DNA of 64,000 nucleotides from an uncultured virus (IMG/VR IMGVR_UViG_3300011815_000001) (lineage: Duplodnaviria > Heunggongvirae > Uroviricota > Caudoviricetes): the IMG/VR virus record IMGVR_UViG_3300011815_000001. One strand, 5' to 3'. The position numbers and the translations under genes are program-made. Below, piece by piece: positions 60,898 to 64,000 of this stretch (positions are counted from its first letter, which is position 1; the number at the start of each line of letters is the position of its first letter). The notes beneath the pieces were generated by a model. It ran no database searches, had not been told where the DNA came from, and saw nothing but the letters and a program-made list of their open reading frames with translations.

Positions 60898-62280
60898 TTA
60901 GCTTATTTTGTTTTGATTTTCTAGCATTAATTCGTAGTCTTTAAGATATTTCCATCTATAACCGAATGCTGTTTTAGCTTTTCCTTTACAACACGCACTA
61001 ATAGAAGAGTGCCATTTTTTATTTAAATATTTACCTGCATCATCAATAGAATTATGAGTTTTAATTAGATTCCCATTTAAGTCTAACTGTACAACTTTAA
61101 TTCTCATATGTTCGACTGAATTACTTTTTGTTCTAGTGCTATTGGGTATATATTCACAAATCCCTAGATCATTCCCTATTTTCAGATACTCTCTAATAGT
61201 TTTATCTGAAACATTAAATATTTTAGATAGCTTATTTTGCTCTATGTGGCTGTTATGCTTATAGTATTCACAAACCTCGTAAATTAAGGATGATACTGCT
61301 TCATTATGTATTTCCTTAAAGTCAATAACAGCAGTGTTCAGCAATTCAGTTAACTGACTATTATTAATTGAGTTTTGAATGAATGTCATATTCGACTCAC
61401 TACAGTCTAATTCTACATAGTATTTTATCCCATTCATCTTAGCTAACTTTCTTTTTTGTGTGTCATTATTAATTTCAGATTGTAAGCTCCTATTAGTAAA
61501 AGTTCTTTTATCATCATAGTGTTGCGCTCCGTGTGTTTCAATAATCAAATTTAGAGATGAGATGTAGAAATCGTACCGGCGAGATTGAGACCAATCAAAT
61601 GATGAATCATGGATGAACTCAATGTTTAATTTATTTAATAAGGAAATAATAAATTTTTCGGGATAACTTTTACCATCTGAACATTTTGGACAACACAGAC
61701 CTCTACTATTAACTCTATAGAGTGACTTTCTTCTAATGGTGTTTCCACATTTACATTTCCAATTTACTTTAATATGACTAGACTGTGTATATTTATAACC
61801 ATCATCTGGATTCTCAAGTAGGGAAGCAAGTTCATTATTAGTAGTCCAAGCATCATTAAAACCAATTAGAACTTTTTTATTGGCGCAGTATGGACATCCA
61901 TCTCCTCTGCCATTCCTATCAACAATTCTAGCTTCCCATTCATGTCCACAAGTTCCTAGCCACCAGACTTTAGATTCTTTCCCACAGACTACAGTGTTTG
62001 GTGTCAAGTATTCATTTAAAGTAGGATGCCACTCAGATGCTAGGACAGGATTAATAGAAGCTAATGAATTTATATGATTAACTTTCTGTCCTGCACAATA
62101 TGGACAGTTAGTTCCATTCACTCTGGAGTAAATCCTTGAGTCAAATCCACTGTTGCATCTTCCACATCTCCACCTTGCATCTCTATCCATACCTTTAGTC
62201 ATTTTCCATATATCAAAACCTAGGTCATCGTTCTTTTGAAAATCCCATTCAATCCACAGCTCAGGTCTCACCTTTAACAT
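60898..62280 (-). CDS. Free-standing homing endonuclease: Zn-ribbon repeats, Vsr/DUF559-like nuclease and NUMOD1-like domain
   Basis: Repeated W.C..C...CPYC units; RYDFY...IIETHGAQHY; VVQLDLNG...SISACC.GK.KTAFGYRWKY. Confidence 0.8.
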   Translation of the reverse strand: MLKVRPELWIEWDFQKNDDLGFDIWKMTKGMDRDARWRCGRCNSGFDSRIYSRVNGTNCPYCAGQKVNHINSLASINPVLASEWHPTLNEYLTPNTVVCGKESKVWWLGTCGHEWEARIVDRNGRGDGCPYCANKKVLIGFNDAWTTNNELASLLENPDDGYKYTQSSHIKVNWKCKCGNTIRRKSLYRVNSRGLCCPKCSDGKSYPEKFIISLLNKLNIEFIHDSSFDWSQSRRYDFYISSLNLIIETHGAQHYDDKRTFTNRSLQSEINNDTQKRKLAKMNGIKYYVELDCSESNMTFIQNSINNSQLTELLNTAVIDFKEIHNEAVSSLIYEVCEYYKHNSHIEQNKLSKIFNVSDKTIREYLKIGNDLGICEYIPNSTRTKSNSVEHMRIKVVQLDLNGNLIKTHNSIDDAGKYLNKKWHSSISACCKGKAKTAFGYRWKYLKDYELMLENQNKIS

Positions 62281-62387
62281 TGAGTTATCCTTAAGTTGTG
62301 ATAATTTTCTAAATCTAACGTTTCTCCTGTTTGAATATTGATGAACTCTTTACACATGATGATTCCTCCATTTAGTTGATTGTTTTT

Positions 62388-62573
62388 TTATTTCTTCATA
62401 TATAACTCTTTATATATAACTATTGATGAATGTAGCTGTTCTGTATCATTAAAAATAAATACATTTCGTTTTGTTTCTTTCTTATTAGATGGCTTTAACT
62501 TCTTTAGTACATAGCCTTCCATCATTAGCCATCCAGCTAGATGCTGATTAAAAATGATGAAGTCTTTCTCCAT
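62388..62573 (-). CDS. DUF5659-like small phage protein
   Basis: IIFNQHLAGWLM..GY...VFIF pattern; RBS GGAGG. Confidence 0.6.
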   Translation of the reverse strand: MEKDFIIFNQHLAGWLMMEGYVLKKLKPSNKKETKRNVFIFNDTEQLHSSIVIYKELYMKK

Positions 62574-62593
62574 TTTGATGACCTCCATTTATA

Positions 62594-63151
62594 TTACTTA
62601 TAATATTTTTTCTCAATATCTCCCATAGTACCCATATGAATTCGCAAATTGTCAAAGTGATCTTGGTGTAAACTATAATAAACGTTTTCTTTTTTATAAA
62701 TATATTGTAAAGCGTATTCAGCCATTTTTTCTGCATCATATTTCATATCAATAAAGTTTTCATGCATAATTTTATCTCTTTCTGTAATAGGTGTTATATC
62801 AAAAGATTGTGAATATGTTAGAAAACTAATAGTTTTAGAAATCAAATCTTCTTTATTACTTTCAGTGACGTTTTTATCATGAATGGTTTTATAAGTTGAC
62901 CTATTAAATTCCATCATCTTTTCAATATAACTTTTTAATAAGATGAAATATGCGTCTTCAAATTTAATATCACTTTCTACTGAACCATCCTTGCTTTTAA
63001 GAACAGCTTCACTTAGCACAGTATTATCACTATTTGCAATTGCGTAATCATTATAAACAATCACACCAATTCCCAAGCAAGCAACACTCACGAGACTTAT
63101 CAGAACAATTATCAATTTATTCTTTTTCTTCTTTACATTTCCACTTTCCAT
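62594..63151 (-). CDS. Membrane-anchored hypothetical protein (moron-like)
   Basis: Basic N-terminus plus TM segment; own sigmaA-like promoter near 63195-63223 and an upstream hairpin at 63278-63299. Confidence 0.65.
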   Translation of the reverse strand: MESGNVKKKKNKLIIVLISLVSVACLGIGVIVYNDYAIANSDNTVLSEAVLKSKDGSVESDIKFEDAYFILLKSYIEKMMEFNRSTYKTIHDKNVTESNKEDLISKTISFLTYSQSFDITPITERDKIMHENFIDMKYDAEKMAEYALQYIYKKENVYYSLHQDHFDNLRIHMGTMGDIEKKYYK

Positions 63152-63311
63152 AATATCGACTCCTTGTTAATATCTGTATTTAAATTAATTCTATCTTATA
63201 CAGTATATTACCACAAGTTGCAATATTATTCACAATAATTTGAATTATTTAATATTAATTTATAAAATACTCAATGTTCCGTCCAAATAATCAGACGGAG
63301 TTATCAGTATT

Positions 63312-63818
63312 TTATTTAGTTTTAACATCAAATCCAAGCTCTTTCAAGTCTTTTCTTAAAGCCTCTACTAGCTCACCCTTATTTTGATTCATATCCGAAA
63401 TTGTATCACTTATGAATTCACGTTTATCCGACACGATTCTCCCATAAGCATCCATTGCATCAGGGTTATCCCAATTATCTCTAACACCATTTTCAAACAT
63501 ATCAGTAAGTGTTTTACCAGCCATGCTATCATTACCTGTATTCATATTCTCAAGTTTAATCAATAAGCCATTACCCGTATCATTTATATCAGTAAATTGG
63601 ATTCCAGTTGGATCAGAGAATCCACCAGCATCTCCTCGACGATTATATTCACTAGGAGTAAATCCTCCATATACATTTTCCTTGATACGTTCACTCATCA
63701 TTTCAGCAGATTTATCTTGTAGATGAGACGTGAAAAATTTATTGTCATTAAACTGAGCTTTTAATACATTTTCTAATTCCTTAAGATTCTTAACTTGAAT
63801 TTTAGCCACTAGTAACAC
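63312..63818 (-). CDS. Putative tail/neck protein (HK97 gp10-like)
   Basis: VY...P..Y.RR...GG and REF...T pattern; lies in the tail operon. Confidence 0.5.
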   Translation of the reverse strand: MLLVAKIQVKNLKELENVLKAQFNDNKFFTSHLQDKSAEMMSERIKENVYGGFTPSEYNRRGDAGGFSDPTGIQFTDINDTGNGLLIKLENMNTGNDSMAGKTLTDMFENGVRDNWDNPDAMDAYGRIVSDKREFISDTISDMNQNKGELVEALRKDLKELGFDVKTK

Positions 63819-63823
63819 GTCCT

Positions 63824-64000
63824 AGTTAATGTTGTTATTCTTGAATTCCTTCAATTGTTCTTCTACACGATTTTTAAGTAGGGGAGTCTGCAATACTTCA
63901 GATAATTCCTCTAGTTGTTTTTCCTTTAGACTACTTAAACGGATAGCACCTTCTAAAGCTTTATCGACTGCTTGATGCACACGAATGACCTCTTCATTAT
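63824..64000 (-). CDS. 5'-partial protein, possible tail assembly chaperone
   Basis: Open frame ...NEEVIRVHQAVDKALEG...LKEFKNNNIN* running off the window end. Confidence 0.4.

Noticed and set aside
579..63726. Many short opposite-strand ORFs in the track (e.g. 4902..5402, 14823..15320, 31615..32064, 59419..59865)
   Set aside because: Shadow frames of well-supported genes, without RBS or recognisable motifs.
1..64000. tRNA, rRNA or arbitrium (aimR/aimP) genes
   Set aside because: None recognised by eye; tRNAscan-SE and HMM searches were not run.

Overview
AT-rich 64 kb segment of a large temperate siphovirus of an endospore-forming Bacillales host, with SPbeta-like gene organisation. The window appears to span the attP junction, so this would be the excised or circular form. 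Plus strand 1-24.8 kb: replication genes (RusA, SSB-like, Sak4-like ATPase, DnaB helicase, primase, Cas4-like nuclease, family B DNA polymerase, ATP-dependent ligase) and nucleotide metabolism genes (dNMP kinase, redoxin, class Id-like RNR with an ATP cone on NrdB and both an intein and a group I intron in nrdA, dUTPase, ThyA, DHFR). These are followed by a candidate recombination directionality factor, a candidate attP and a large serine integrase. 26.6-35.6 kb is accessory: an interrupted yfkAB radical SAM gene, then an unusual module of ParM-like actin, ParR-like adaptor, RHH protein, polar repeat array, M23 peptidase, pilin-like and VirB6-like membrane proteins and a soluble FtsK/SpoIIIE ATPase, with sigmaE-like promoters and no relaxase or VirB4. 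This module is the best candidate for an undescribed DNA segregation/transfer system. Minus strand 36-64 kb: LamG and SGNH fibre-like genes, lysis cassette, tail fibre, Tal, Dit, a 2499 aa tape measure gene split by two ORF-less group I introns, and a free-standing homing endonuclease. Non-coding signals include a tandem NrdR-box pair, four 11-6-11 dif-like palindromes and a repeat-delimited small-gene cassette array. All family calls come from motif recognition by eye; no searches were run.
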